Below, piece after piece: positions 25,301 to 38,500 of a stretch of 64,000 nucleotides of DNA. The translations under genes were made by a program, and so were the position numbers. Numbering within the stretch: the first letter of the stretch is position 1; every line of letters begins with the position of its first letter. This DNA comes from Paragordius varius. Its lineage: Eukaryota > Animalia > Nematomorpha. The stretch spans positions 1,922,001-1,986,000 of the forward strand of contig OZ176056.1 of the NCBI GenBank assembly GCA_964247055.1, in the 5' to 3' direction. The notes under the pieces are model-generated. The model did not search any database and was not told where the DNA came from. It worked only from the letters and a program-made list of their open reading frames with translations.

Positions 25301-28300
25301 TATTATTGTGTACATCCACTCATCACCGAAGCCCCAATTCAGTAACAAGATAGATGGTGTTTTGGTTGTTAACGAGTTGAGAATTGATTGAAAACAGATT
25401 TTGCCGGACGGTTTATTGTAAAGAATTGGCTAACTTGAGTTTACTGTAAAGGACTAAACAGATTAAAGTATTATTGTGTACATCCACTCACTTCCGAAGC
25501 CCCAATTCAGTAACAAGATAGACGGTGTTTTGGTTGTTAACGAATTGAGAATTGATTGAAAACAGATTTTGCCGGACGGTTTATTGTAAGATTTGGCTAA
25601 CTTGAGTTTACTGTAAAGGACTAAACAGATTAACTTTTATTTCACTCATCACCGAAGCCCCAATTCAGTAACAAGATAGACGGTGTTTTAGTTATTAACC
25701 TGAGAATTGATTGAAAACAGATTTTGCCGGACGGTTTATTGTAAGATTTGGCTAACTTGAGTTTACTGTAAAGGACTAAACAGATTAAAGTATTATTGTG
25801 TACATCCACTCATGACCGAAGCCCCAATTCAGTAACAAGATAGACGGTGTTTTGGTTGTTAACGAGTTGAGAATTGATTGAAAACAGATTTTGCCGGACG
25901 GTTTATTGTAAGATTTGGCTAACTTGAGTTTACTGTAAAGGACTAAACAGATTAAAGTATTATTGTGTACATCCACTCATCACCGAAGCCCCAATTCAGT
26001 AACAAGATAGACGGTGTTTTGGTTGTTAACGAGTTGAGAATTGATTGAAAACAGATTTTGCCGGACGGTTTATTGTAAAGACTTGGCTAACTTGAGTTTA
26101 CTGTAAAGGACTAAACAGATTAAAGTATTATTGTGTACATCCACTCATGACCGAAGCCCCAATTCAGTAACAAGATAGACGGTGTTTTGGTTGTTAACGA
26201 GTTGAGAATTGATAGAAAACAGATTTTGCCGGACGGTTTATTGTAAGATTTGGCTAACTTGAGTTTACTGTAAAGGACTAAACAGATTAAAGTATTATTG
26301 TGTACATCCACTCATCACCGAAGCCCCAATTCAGTAACAAGATAGATGGTGTTTTAGTTGTTAACAAGTTGAGAATTGATTAAAAACACATTTTGCCGGA
26401 CGGTTTATTGTAAGATTTGGCTAACTTGAGTTTACTGTAAAGGACTAAACAGATTAAAGTATTATTGTGTACATCCACTCATCACCGAAGCCCCAATTCA
26501 GTAACAAGATAGACGGTGTTTTGGTTGTTAACGAGTTGAGAATTGATTGAAAACAGATTTTGCCGGACGGTTTATTGTAAGATTTGGCAATGAGTTTACT
26601 CTAAAGGACTAAACAGATTAAAGTATTATTGTGTACATCCACTCATCACCGAAGCCCCAATTCAGTAACAAGATAGACGGTGTTTTGGTTGTTAACGAAT
26701 TGATTGATTGAAAACAGATTTTGCCGGACGGTTTATTGTAAAGACTTGGCTAACTTGAGTTTACTGTAAAGGACTAAACAGATTAAAGTATTATTGTGTA
26801 CATCCACTCATTACCGAAGCCCCAATTCAGTAACAAGATAGACGGTGTTTTGGTTGTTAACGAGTTGAGAATTGATTGAAAACAGATTTTGCCGGACGGT
26901 TTATTGTAAGATTTGGCTAACTTGAGTTTACTGTAAAGGACTAAACAGATTAAAGTATTATTGTGTACACCACTCATCACCGAAGCCTTAATTCAGTAAC
27001 AAGATAGACGGTGTTTTAGTTGTTAACAAGTTGAGAATTGATTGAAAACAGATTTTGCCGGACGGTTTATTGTAAGATTTGTCTAACTTGAGTTTACTGT
27101 AAAGGACTAAACAGATTAAAGTATTATTGTGTACATCCACTCATCACCGAAGCCCCAATTCAGTAACAAGATAGACGGTGTTTTGGTTGTTAACGAGTTG
27201 AGAATTGATTGAAAACAGATTTTGCCGGACGGTTTATTGTAAAGAATTGGCTAACTTGAGTTTACTGTAAAGGACTAAACAGATTAAAGTATTATTGTGT
27301 ACATCCACTCACCACCGAAGCCCCAATTCAGTAACAAGATAGACGGTGTTTTGGTTGTTAACGAATTGAGAATTGATTGAAAACAGATTTTGCCGGACGG
27401 TTTATTGTAAGATTTGTATAATTTGAGTTTACTGAAAGGACTAAACAGATTAACTTTTATTTGTACATTCACTCATCACCGAAGCCCCAATTCAGTAACA
27501 AGATAGACGGTGTTTTAGTTATTAACCTGAGAATTGATTGAAAACAGATTTTGCCGGACGGTTTATTGTAAGATTTGGCTAACTTGAGTTTACTGTAAAG
27601 GACTAAACAGATTAAAGTATTATTGTGTACATCCACTCATCACCGAAGCCCCAATTCAGTAACAAGATAGATGGTGTTTTAGTTGTTAACAAGTTGAGAA
27701 TTGATTGAAAACAGATTTTGCCGGACGGTTTATTGTAAGATTTGGCTAACTTGAGTTTACTGTAAAGGACTAAACAGATTAAAGTATTATTGTGTACATC
27801 CACTCATCACCGAAGCCCCAATTCAGTAACAAGATAGACGGTGTTTTGGTTGTTAACGAATTGATTGATTGAAAACAGATTTTGCCGGACGGTTTATTGT
27901 AAAGACTTGGCTAACTTGAGTTTACTGTAAAGGACTAAACAGATTAAAGTATTATTGTGTACATCCACTCATTACCGAAGCCCCAATTCAGTAACAAGAT
28001 AGACGGTGTTTTGGTTGTTAACGAGTTGAGAATTGATTGAAAACAGATTTTGCCGGACGGTTTATTGTAAGATTTGGCTAACTTGAGTTTACTGTAAAGG
28101 ACTAAACAGATTAAAGTATTATTGTGTACACCACTCATCACCGAAGCCTTAATTCAGTAACAAGATAGACGGTGTTTTAGTTGTTAACAAGTTGAGAATT
28201 GATTGAAAACAGATTTTGCCGGACGGTTTATTGTAAGATTTGTCTAACTTGAGTTTACTGTAAAGGACTAAACAGATTAAAGTATTATTGTGTACATCCA

Positions 28301-29980
28301 CTCATCACCGAAGCCCCAATTCAGTAACAAGATAGACGGTGTTTTGGTTGTTAACGAGTTGAGAATTGATTGAAAACAGATTTTGCCGGACGGTTTATTG
28401 TAAAGAATTGGCTAACTTGAGTTTACTGTAAAGGACTAAACAGATTAAAGTATTATTGTGTACATCCACTCACCACCGAAGCCCCAATTCAGTAACAAGA
28501 TAGACGGTGTTTTGGTTGTTAACGAATTGAGAATTGATTGAAAACAGATTTTGCCGGACGGTTTATTGTAAGATTTGTATAATTTGAGTTTACTGAAAGA
28601 ACTAAACAGATTAACTTTTATTTGTACATTCACTCATCACCGAAGCCCCAATTCAGTAACAAGATAGACGGTGTTTTAGTTATTAACCTGAGAATTGATT
28701 GAAAACAGATTTTGCCGGACGGTTTATTGTAAGATTTGGCTAACTTGAGTTTACTGTAAAGGACTAAACAGATTAAAGTATCATTGTGTACATCCACTCA
28801 TCACCGAAGCCCCAATTCAGTAACAAGATAGATGGTGTTTTAGTTGTTAACAAGTTGAGAATTGATTGAAAACAGATTTTGCCGGACGGTTTATTGTAAG
28901 ATTTGGCTAACTTGAGTTTACTGTAAAGGACTAAACAGATTAAAGTATTATTGTGTACATCCACTCATCACCGAAGCCCCAATTCAGTAACAAGATAGAC
29001 GGTGTTTTGGTTGTTAACGAGTTGAGAATTGATTGAAAACAGATTTTGCCGGACGGTTTACTGTAAGATTTGGCTAACTTGAGTTTACTGTAAAGGACTA
29101 AACAGATTAAAGTATTATTGTGTACATCCACTCATCACCGAAGCCCCAATTCAGTAACAAGATAGACGGTGTTTTGGTTGTTAACGAGTTGAGAATTGAT
29201 TGAAAACAGATTTTGCCGGACGGTTTATTGTAAGATTTGGCTAACTTGAGTTTACTGTAAAGGACTAAACAGATTAAAGTATTATTGTGTACATCCACTC
29301 ATCACCGAAGCCCCAATTCAGTAACAAGATAGATGGTGTTTTAGTTGTTAACAAGTTGAGAATTGATTGAAAACAGATTTTGCCGGACGGTTTACTGTAA
29401 GATTTGGCTAACTTGAGTTTACTGTAAAGGACTAAACAGATTAAAGTATTATTGTCTACATCCACTCATCACCGAAGCCCCAATTCAGTAACAAGATAGA
29501 CGGTGTTTTGGTTGTTAACGAGTTGAGAATTGATTGAAAACAGATTTTGCCGGACGGTTTATTGTAAGATTTGGCTAACTTGAGTTTACTGTAAAGGACT
29601 AAACAGATTAAAGTATTATTGTGTACATCCACTCATCACCGAAGCCCCAATTCAGTAACAAGATAGACGGTGTTTTGGTTGTTAACGAGTTGAGAATTGA
29701 TTGAAAACAGATTTTGCCGGACGGTTTATTGTAAAGACTTGGCTAACTTGAGTTTACTGTAAAGGACTAAACAGATTAAAGTATTATTGTGTACATCCAC
29801 TCATCACCGAAGCCGCCATTCAGTAACAAGATAGATGGTGTTTTGGTTGTTAACGAGTTCAGAATTGATTGAAAACAGATTTTTCCGGACGGTTTATTGT
29901 AAGATTTGGCTAACTTGAGTTTACTGTAAAGGACTAAATAGGTTACCGTTTTATTGTTTTTTACCACCACTCATCACCGA
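19360..29980. repeat. 167-bp satellite array A (~63 monomers)
   Basis: Head-to-tail unit gtacatccactcatcaccgaagccccaattcagtaacaagatagacgg...ggactaaacagattaaagtattattgt, with 166-168-bp variants. The period is visible in the ORF track (e.g. 21300, 21467, 21634). Confidence 0.99.
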
Positions 29981-30470
29981 ACCCACCGATTTTCAAAACA
30001 AGGGAAGGTTGTAGGGTTTATGTATTCTATTTGTGTGTTATTATTTAAAAAACATTAACTTTAATAAAATGATTGTTGCTTAAATTATATATGCTCATGT
30101 TTTAAGCATTTTGTACAATAACGAGAAAAAGCTATTTCACAAATATTAAAATTACAAACATAACATGGAAAAATTGAAAAAGATTTTTTTAAAAGACTAC
30201 TATACTTATTCATAAATTATGATTCCCATAATTATAATAATGAGCTCTTACCAATTTACATCTCTAATCCCCATTTCACAACCCAAAAAGTGTATTAAAA
30301 TTTAATAAAAAGATATGGTTGTTTTTAATTTTTACATGTTGTGTCTGTAATTTGAATTACTGTAAGTTAAAAAATAATGCGAAAATTTTGAAAATATTAA
30401 AGATAATAACTTATAAGAAAATCGACTTTTTATAAGATATCCAGGTCTCATATTTTTACGAACCATTTTA

Positions 30471-30608
30471 AGTTTTACAATAAACCGACCTCCACAATCA
30501 GCTTGCAATTTATCCGTATAACAAAACTTAAACATCAATCTTGTTACTGAAAAATGGCGACTTTGTTAATCAGTGGATGTAAACATAATAATACGATTAT
30601 CTGTGTAG
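30471..30608 (-). repeat. Single diverged, inverted relative of the satellite monomer
   Basis: The reverse complement reads ctacacagataatcgtattattatgtttacatccactgattaacaaagtcgccatttttcagtaacaagattgat...cggtttattgtaaaact. It aligns in order with the monomer's ctaaacagattaaagtattattgtgtacatccactcatcaccgaagccgccattcagtaacaagatagat...cggtttattgtaaagact. Confidence 0.75.
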
Positions 30609-31031
30609 ACCGAAAATCAATTTAGATTCCTATCGGTAGGTTAGTGATAATAAAATTCCTAAATTTGATATTGATTAATGTTTACAACAACTCTTCCTAA
30701 TGATACTCAATTTAAACTGGGGTACATAAAATAGATGACGGTGAATTATTGAATCATCGAAGAGAGATCTTTATCAACAAAAGCGTAATGTAGAATATTA
30801 AGCAAACAAAACCCCAACACATTCGATTAAGTATATATTTATATCTATTAGCCATAATAACTAAAATTTATTTGTAGTTTCCAGGATATACTATAGATAG
30901 ATCATTAAAAAAAGTTAGTTAATCTGTAAATGTAATAATCAAACATATCACATCGTAGTTTAAACCACCGCCCGATAACCCATATTTATTTTAATTATAT
31001 AATAGTTTTTTTTTAAAATTTAGTTTCATGA

Positions 31032-32007
31032 TTAGCAGTGATTCGTTTGAACGTAAACACGATGGGAACTTGCTTCTGTGGAAGTGGCATCTTGATCTAT
31101 AAAGATTGGTCTAACCACAATCTCGTATTCCGTATCGGGCAAAACATATGGGAAGCGATAATTATCAGAAACCGCCTAAAAAAAGAAATGCACACATTAG
31201 TTATTATACAAATACATAAAATTTTTGGGTCATACGATATATATATATAAGAGAAATTTTAATACAGTAAAAATTGATGCTTATACAGACAGAACATCTC
31301 TCAAAATATTTTACAGTAAAAATTGGAATTATAGAGAGAACAGTAAAAATATAAAGACATATACTTATTCAAGATAACCATACTATAAGTATAAACCATT
31401 TACAGAAATTATTTTATTACAATTGGAAATTAACGTAATTAATCGTATTACCAAAATACATTTTTATTTCATACTTTGAAATATTCAAAAACTATGAATA
31501 ATATTTAAAAATACGTTTAATAAATTACAGCATACTTTAAAAATGTATTGTCTTTATATTTTCACGTTCGTCCGTATAATTTCATGATTTACTGTAAAAA
31601 AGGCAATATAAAATATAAATTCAGACAACTAGTTAAAAAACGTACTCGTTTGCCTTTATATTATGATTCAAATATGACTCCTGTTAACCATATTTACATT
31701 ATCATAAATTTCGTCGTTTAAAACCGCAGATATTTATAGTTTCAGATTTTGGGTAAAAAAGCTTGTCATAAATTTAATATTATTAAAAATCTATTAAAAA
31801 TATACCGAAATAAATCCTCCTTTAATTGGTAAATCTTTCCCCGGGCTACTCAAGAAAATGTCTAGGCCACGGATGTCTTTTGCTTTTTCAGGATAATTAA
31901 TTAAGGGGTTGGCAAGAAAAACTAATAAATCTAAAGAATTTGTATTTCCAGCGGTTGTGCCATTTATCAGGGATAGCCTTTTATTTTGACCACCCATCTT
32001 GACAAAT
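31032..32007 (-). CDS. Orphan 3' exons of a non-ACC gene ending in a fibronectin type III-like segment
   Basis: Exon 31806-32007 (FVKMGGQNKRLSL...KDIRGLDIFLSSPGKDLPIKGGFIS) splices in phase 0 to terminal exon 31032-31175 (AVSDNYRFPYVLPDTEYEIVVRPIFIDQDATSTEASSHRVYVQTNHC*). LPDTEYEIVVRP resembles the FN3 L-x-P-x-T-x-Y strand motif. A possible further exon at 32077-32136 is out of phase. Confidence 0.55.
31265..31594. mobile_element. MITE family 2 copy in the intron of the FN3-like gene
   Basis: TACAGTAAAAATTGA ... TCCGTATAATTTCATGATTTACTGTA termini. Confidence 0.6.
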
Positions 32008-32520
32008 CTATATATAACGTTAAAAAGATGTTTTTAAAAAAATATGCGTAAAATTACAAAATTTAATGTATATTACCTTCCTGATTAAGAACATATTGTC
32101 CCACATTGTTAAGACTAACTACACCATATATCAAAGCTTGTTTAAAATCAATCAAACATCAATCTAATTAAAACCGTTTATACAATAAAAACGATGTAAA
32201 ATTTTGTGAAAACCAAACGTTAACTTTTTAATATAATTATTGCTTTATTTAAAATTATATGACGCGTTCAATTGTTTTTAAAAGATCATATAACTGAGAA
32301 ACTATTTATTCCAATTACAATTTAAAATTGAAGTTTTCAGGAATCAGTAAAAGTAAGAAAATGTATAAAATTCCATTTTATATATACTTATAATAAATTT
32401 AATGGCCTTAAATACATAAATTTAAATATAATTAAGCAAATATTTAATACTTTAAATCTTTATTTAATAAAAAAAATCCTAAAAATTGTATCTTAGGTAA
32501 AATAAATTAACATATAATAC

Positions 32521-35500
32521 TTGAAATTTTTCAGCAATAAGTTTATCCAACCATTCGGTATCAAAATTATTTTTTTGAAAACTTTCCGTCAACAAAGTTA
32601 TAAGGTATTCAACAGTAGTTCTAAAATCACCCTTAATCGATAACTCTTTAAGGCCAACAACCAAATTCCTAAATTAATTAAGAATTAAGCGAAACAAACT
32701 GTAAATTATTCGAAATTAAATTGGAAATGTACTAAATTTGTAAAAAAAAATTATTTAATAAATTAAAAATTTTTAAAAATAATACCCGGAAAATGTAATT
32801 CAAAAATTATATTTAACACCCCAAAATAACATATTTTTTAAAAAAGTTTATGAAAGATTAATATTATTGTTAAACTTTGACTCAAAAATCCGAAATCTAA
32901 TATATGACTAATATATATATATATATATATATATTAATAGAAATAAAGTTCAATAAATATATAGAAAAGCCAACATTATATTTTACAAAAACCAAAAAAT
33001 TTAAAATTATCACTCTATATATATATATGTCTATATATATATATATATATATATATAAACATACATATAAATGCTAGGTATCACTTTTTTAGATAGACAC
33101 CCAAAATCTTTAATAAATTATAAATCCACACATTACCCTTTCCCTTTTTAAAATTAAAAAATTTATAAAATACTTTAACTATACTCTATACATATCTATT
33201 TTTTCAAAAAAAACTCCAACATTTTTATAAATTATTCTATTATGTGAACATTTTTTGTCAAAAGTTAAAATAGATTTAAAAGGAATACTGTCTAGCTTCA
33301 TCTCGGTTTTCACCCCACAAAAAGCAATGCCCAAACTGGGAATCGGCAAATTCATGCAAACCGCCCGAAGCTCCAACACTAAAATATCCCCAAATATTTT
33401 CGTTACTCCGGAAATTTAGTTCCTAAAAAAATGTATGTATGTTCAAATAAATAAATAATTGATTATATCAAGTTTAAAATGAGTAGTTAAAAGATAACTG
33501 TAATGAACTAATCTCTTTTTTAACCTCAAAAAACACAATTTTTCAAAACAACTAATAAAAACTTAACCCACTTTACAAAACTTAAAACCCTTAAAATCAT
33601 ATATTTAACAAAAAATTGCTTCAAAAAAGCTATCTCACTTGAATTTGCCCCGACGTTGGTTTAAAACCTTCGTCAGGATTTTAACTCGTTTTCCTACAAG
33701 CTATGACATGTCCCCGGGGTCGGGGTTTATATTGAGAATCTACGCTGGCTGCTGACAAGATTGAATATCCATCAGTGATTGAATTATTTAGGCGTTGATT
33801 TCGAACCAAAATATTTTCTAGCGGGCCGCTAGAATTAGCATTTTCGTTTTCATTGATAAAATTTTCAGATATTTCAGTTTTTTGGCTTGAAATTTGCATT
33901 TCATCGTTTTGGTTTGTAAGGGGTGTTTCCGCACCAGTTTGTTTTACTATGGCATTTGTATTAGCAGTAATGGGTACTAAAAAAACACCATAAAAGATTA
34001 TAATAAGGCATTTAAGAATGAATCTAAGCAAATTTTTTGGAAAAGTAAATTATATGTAATAATTTTTTGAATTATGGTTTAAAGCGTATATAATATATGT
34101 TATTAAATAAATCTTATTTACAATCCAAAACAAGATAGTTATATAAAAAAATTATATTTCTCTAGATTATGATTGGTTATAAATATTTTTAGAATCTAAA
34201 AAATAAATTATAATAAAATTAATTTTATAATTATATAAAAACCCGCAAAAATTCCTAATTCATTTACCGATTCCCAAATTATCTTTAATTTTGATTTTAC
34301 TTTGGAGTGAGGGTGATTCCACCATAAACCACGGAGATAAACCCATATAAACTCGAATATCTTTTATACGGTATAGTGGTAAGCTTATAGCAATCTAAAA
34401 AAATAAAATTTAATCGATAATTTAAAAGTAATAATTTGTATTAAAGGACAACTTTGCAATATATATTTTATTTGGTGTTGTAATAAATCGACTTTAGAAT
34501 TGAAATTCACAAAAATTTGACAATAATAATGCATTATATATAGTTTTATAAAAATTATTAAAATAATTTATATTTCATTATTAAAAACTATCCGCTCAAT
34601 AGATTTCTTTCATAATTCTTACATATATATATATATATATAAATAATCTGTACTGTAAAATATAAAGTTATTTTTTCCCAGTAGGATAGATCATTTTACA
34701 ATTAAGAAAAGTATTCTTTGTGAAAGCGAAATTTTCAATGCTTTAATTTTAATATTTGCCCCCTATCACATAACATATTTTAATAAAAAGTTCAATTATT
34801 CAAAAAAATCAGAAACTTATTTTCCAAATACAATATAATATAAATGAAGTTTAGTTGACAGGCACTTAATTAAACTAACTTATATTTCAGAAAATATTAT
34901 AACAACTTGATTGCGTCACTTATCCATGTCATAAAAACTTCAAAAATATATTAACAAATTTAAATTCTCCAAATCTAAAAGACTATTTCCTTTAATAATA
35001 TTTAAACTCTTTGAGGTGTTAGGAAGTTAGATTTTCGAACTTTTAAATAATCTTAAATTACCTGTAATTGACAAGCCGGTAAATTAATGTCACAAATCAT
35101 TTCTGTACACGGGTGTTCAACTTGAAGTCTAGGATTTAGTTCTAAAAAGCAAAAAGTGCCTTTCGCCGTATCATACAAGTATTCAACAGTTCCTGCACTA
35201 ACATATCCTACCATACGAGCTAACCTTACAGCGGCCTACATATATATAAAAAGATTTTTTTCCTATTTGCATCTCATTAATTTAGTTAATTAAATTGTGG
35301 ACAAATTTTGTTTTATCTTATATGCTACAGTAACAATTATGTGAATTGGACAACACAAATGTTACTCTATATATACATGGTTGGTTCAAATATTTGGGTA
35401 TAATAAAAGAGTATTTAAGGTTTTTTAATTTTCCTAAAATAAATGTAGCTACTGAGTCTAAAACAGCTTAAAATCCAAATTGTTGGATAATAAAGTTTGC

Positions 35501-38500
35501 ATTATTCTGATAAAAACGAACGATTCTGTAAATTTGGCTGTGAAGATAAACACATACATTGATAAGGCAAGTTTTTAATGTTATAAGCTATATCAACTTA
35601 AATCTTGATAATTATAAAAAGCACCAAAAAGTATTACCTTTTCGCTAGCTCACAAGAAACTTACACTTTTTGGTGTTTTTTTAAAAAAATAATGTCATAT
35701 TGACCAAATATTAGAACATATCTATCATTTATTTTTCAGTTTTTAACACAATGCAATTACCTAATACCTTTTAATAGTCCCCAAAACCAAAAAACTCTAA
35801 AACTTTAAAATCAACCTTCTCCATTTCTTCAATGACGTGGGCGGTTGCTATGGTAACCGGTGCTTCTTCAATAATCTTTTGATGACGTCTTTGAATGGAA
35901 CAATCTCGACCAAAGAGAGAAATAGCTGTTCCATAACTATCAGCCAGCAATTGAACTTCCAAATGCCGACAATGGCTAGCAAGGGCCATCAAGAAAATGG
36001 GTGATCCTGGGACTTCAGTTTGGACCTTTTAGTTAAATAGCATTGTAAAATTTAATTCTTGATAATTAAAAAAATATTTTGGTTCAAAAACGTAATTTTA
36101 TATTTCGTTTACCACGGTAGTTTTTGCAATATGTGTATACTGTGCTATTAATTTTCTTCCATGATTAAATAGAAAAAAATTATCACACTTGAACCATAAT
36201 TTATTTTTATGCGAAATATCAATATATTGTGTTGAAGAAAAAAATACATATTTTTTAATAAAAATACTGCATATATAAATATGTATATTAAAAATTTTTT
36301 TTAATTATTTAAATTTAAATTATATATATAAACGAGTGGTATTTTTAAAGAGGCAACCTAATTGAAGATTAACAAACTTAGTAATATAATTGCTAAGAAA
36401 AAATTAAACATTAATCATGTTTTGCAATTATAATAAACGAATCAATTTCCGTATTTTAAGTCGATTATATTGAACCAAATTTTTAGCTAATAAATTTGGA
36501 AAGGGATAATAAAAATATAATTTATTATTCACTGTTTTTGATGACCTATTTTACAGATATGATCATAACACTTTAAAACAAATAATGTAAATTTTATAAA
36601 TTTTTCATCTAAAAATTTTTTAAAAAAAAATAATTTACCTGTTTGAAAGCTATTGGAAAATCTTCAGGTTTTAATACTTTACGTATTCCTTTCCCTCCGC
36701 CACCTTCGGAAGCTTTTATCATAATGGGGTATCCAATTTTTTTGCTCATCTAATAAATTTTTTGTTTAAAATAAAAAAAAAAATATGAAAAATGAGATAT
36801 AAATGCCATAATTTCAAACTTTAAGTAAAGACAGAAATTTCTTTTTAAAAAAAATTTGCTTTAACTTGATTTTTTTGACATAATATATTTCGTTTTGGGT
36901 TGCGATACAAATAAAATATTTAATTTTAAATTTCTCTAAATAGCAAAGATTATAAAGAGTAAATTAAAAATAAAAATATATGGTTTTTTACAAAAATATA
37001 TTATTCTTCATTGGTTTTTATAATTCATAAATACGTTATATATATATATATATCATTTAAACAAATTTTGACAAAACCTTCAAAAAACTAATAAATTATA
37101 ATTAAAAAAACTCTGCACCCTTAAAAACCCAAAAAAACTCGAAAAAAAATCTCTATATTGACTTGTAATCCTTGTTCACAGTTTGAGATACAAGCCGATT
37201 CATATATTTCCGTTGGGATCAAATTATTCAAATTATCCAAATCATAATAGGTTGCAGAGTTTTGCGATGCTGAAGTAGAAACACTATTTCCTACATTAGT
37301 TATTTGTTTGGTTGTGGAAACAGTAATACTTTTAACCATGAGGGATTGATTAACAAAATGTTCGGCATTTATACTTTGTTGTAGGGAGCGACTTTTGACC
37401 TCTAAATTTTCAATCTCTATGCCTGCATTTAAGTTTCAATAATAAAATTATTTCAATAAAAAAACGGACAAAACGTAAAAAAATAAAATTCTTTTTAAAA
37501 GACTGCTAATCTTTTTAAACCTTAGTTTTCTAACAAACTGAATAACAACTCTAAATTATAATTAAGTTTAATAGCAATTTATATCACTATTTTTGGAACC
37601 AAAAACAATAAGTTAAGTTTGAAAAAAATTAAGATACAATAATATGGGTCTTTTGGAACATTTGTCGATTTTATGTTTTGTCTGTATAATTTGAATTTTT
37701 ACTGTAAATTAACTAAAAAACGGTAATAAATTTTTATTTTTACATAATCTCAAGGTTATAATTAAAATATTTTTACATACTGGTTTTTGCTTAAGGTTTA
37801 TAACATAAATATAATTTAAGGATTTGCTTTTTAAAAAATTATATTGCGGTAAATATTCCGATATAATTAAAAAATTAAGGCCAATATAAGACTCATATTA
37901 AGTTGCAACATTAAAATTATAAGCTATCACCATAATTTATTTCAATAAAATATTTTTTACCATTCAACCATATATTTGTTCCTTATTTTAAGACTTTTTA
38001 CGCACAATATTTTAAATATTTATAGTTTATAGCAGATATTAAAAACATGTAACTTATTTTCTAATTCTTTGACAATTCATGAATCATTTGAAATTATTAG
38101 AAGATCTAACTAATCTCCATCAAATCAGAATAGAAACGTACGCCCAAACTTATAGGTTTAAAGTTTAAATAGCCAGGATTCCCTAATAAAACAAAAAATA
38201 CTTGTTGGAAAATAAACTCCCCTTTAAATTCTTATAATCATTACCTTATGTGTTAAATTTCTTAGCCAAAACTAACAAAACCATTTAAACCTTCGGTATT
38301 TTTAACCGTATTGAAAAACTCCCCTTTAAATTCTAAAACTCTCATTACCTTATCTATTAAATTAACTCACAAAACCATTTAAACCTTCGGTATTTTTAAC
38401 CGTTAAACCACATTTCAAACCTTTAAATTCTAATATCATATTCAATTCTTAACCAAACCAAAACTCACAATAACCGTTAAAATAACAAAAATAATAAAAA

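Noticed and set aside
19480-29940. Satellite as a tandem exon array (minus strand: 126-nt phase-1 exon tttag|TCC...TTCG|gtgatg plus 41-nt intron, or a 9-nt TCCTTTACA micro-exon)
   Set aside because: The geometry works for 167-bp units. However, the common 168-bp variant, dominant in array B, puts a frameshift and stop in the 126-nt exon, and nothing supports the 9-nt option. It is not formally excluded without RNA data.
19195-29970. Dozens of 60-69-aa ORFs (MDVHNNTLICLVLYSK...) as a peptide gene family
   Set aside because: They are the translation of the satellite monomer. Units of 166, 167 and 168 bp shift or break the frame freely, which indicates no coding constraint.
19360-29980. CRISPR array
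   Set aside because: There are no unique spacers, the whole unit repeats, the context is eukaryotic, and no cas genes are present.
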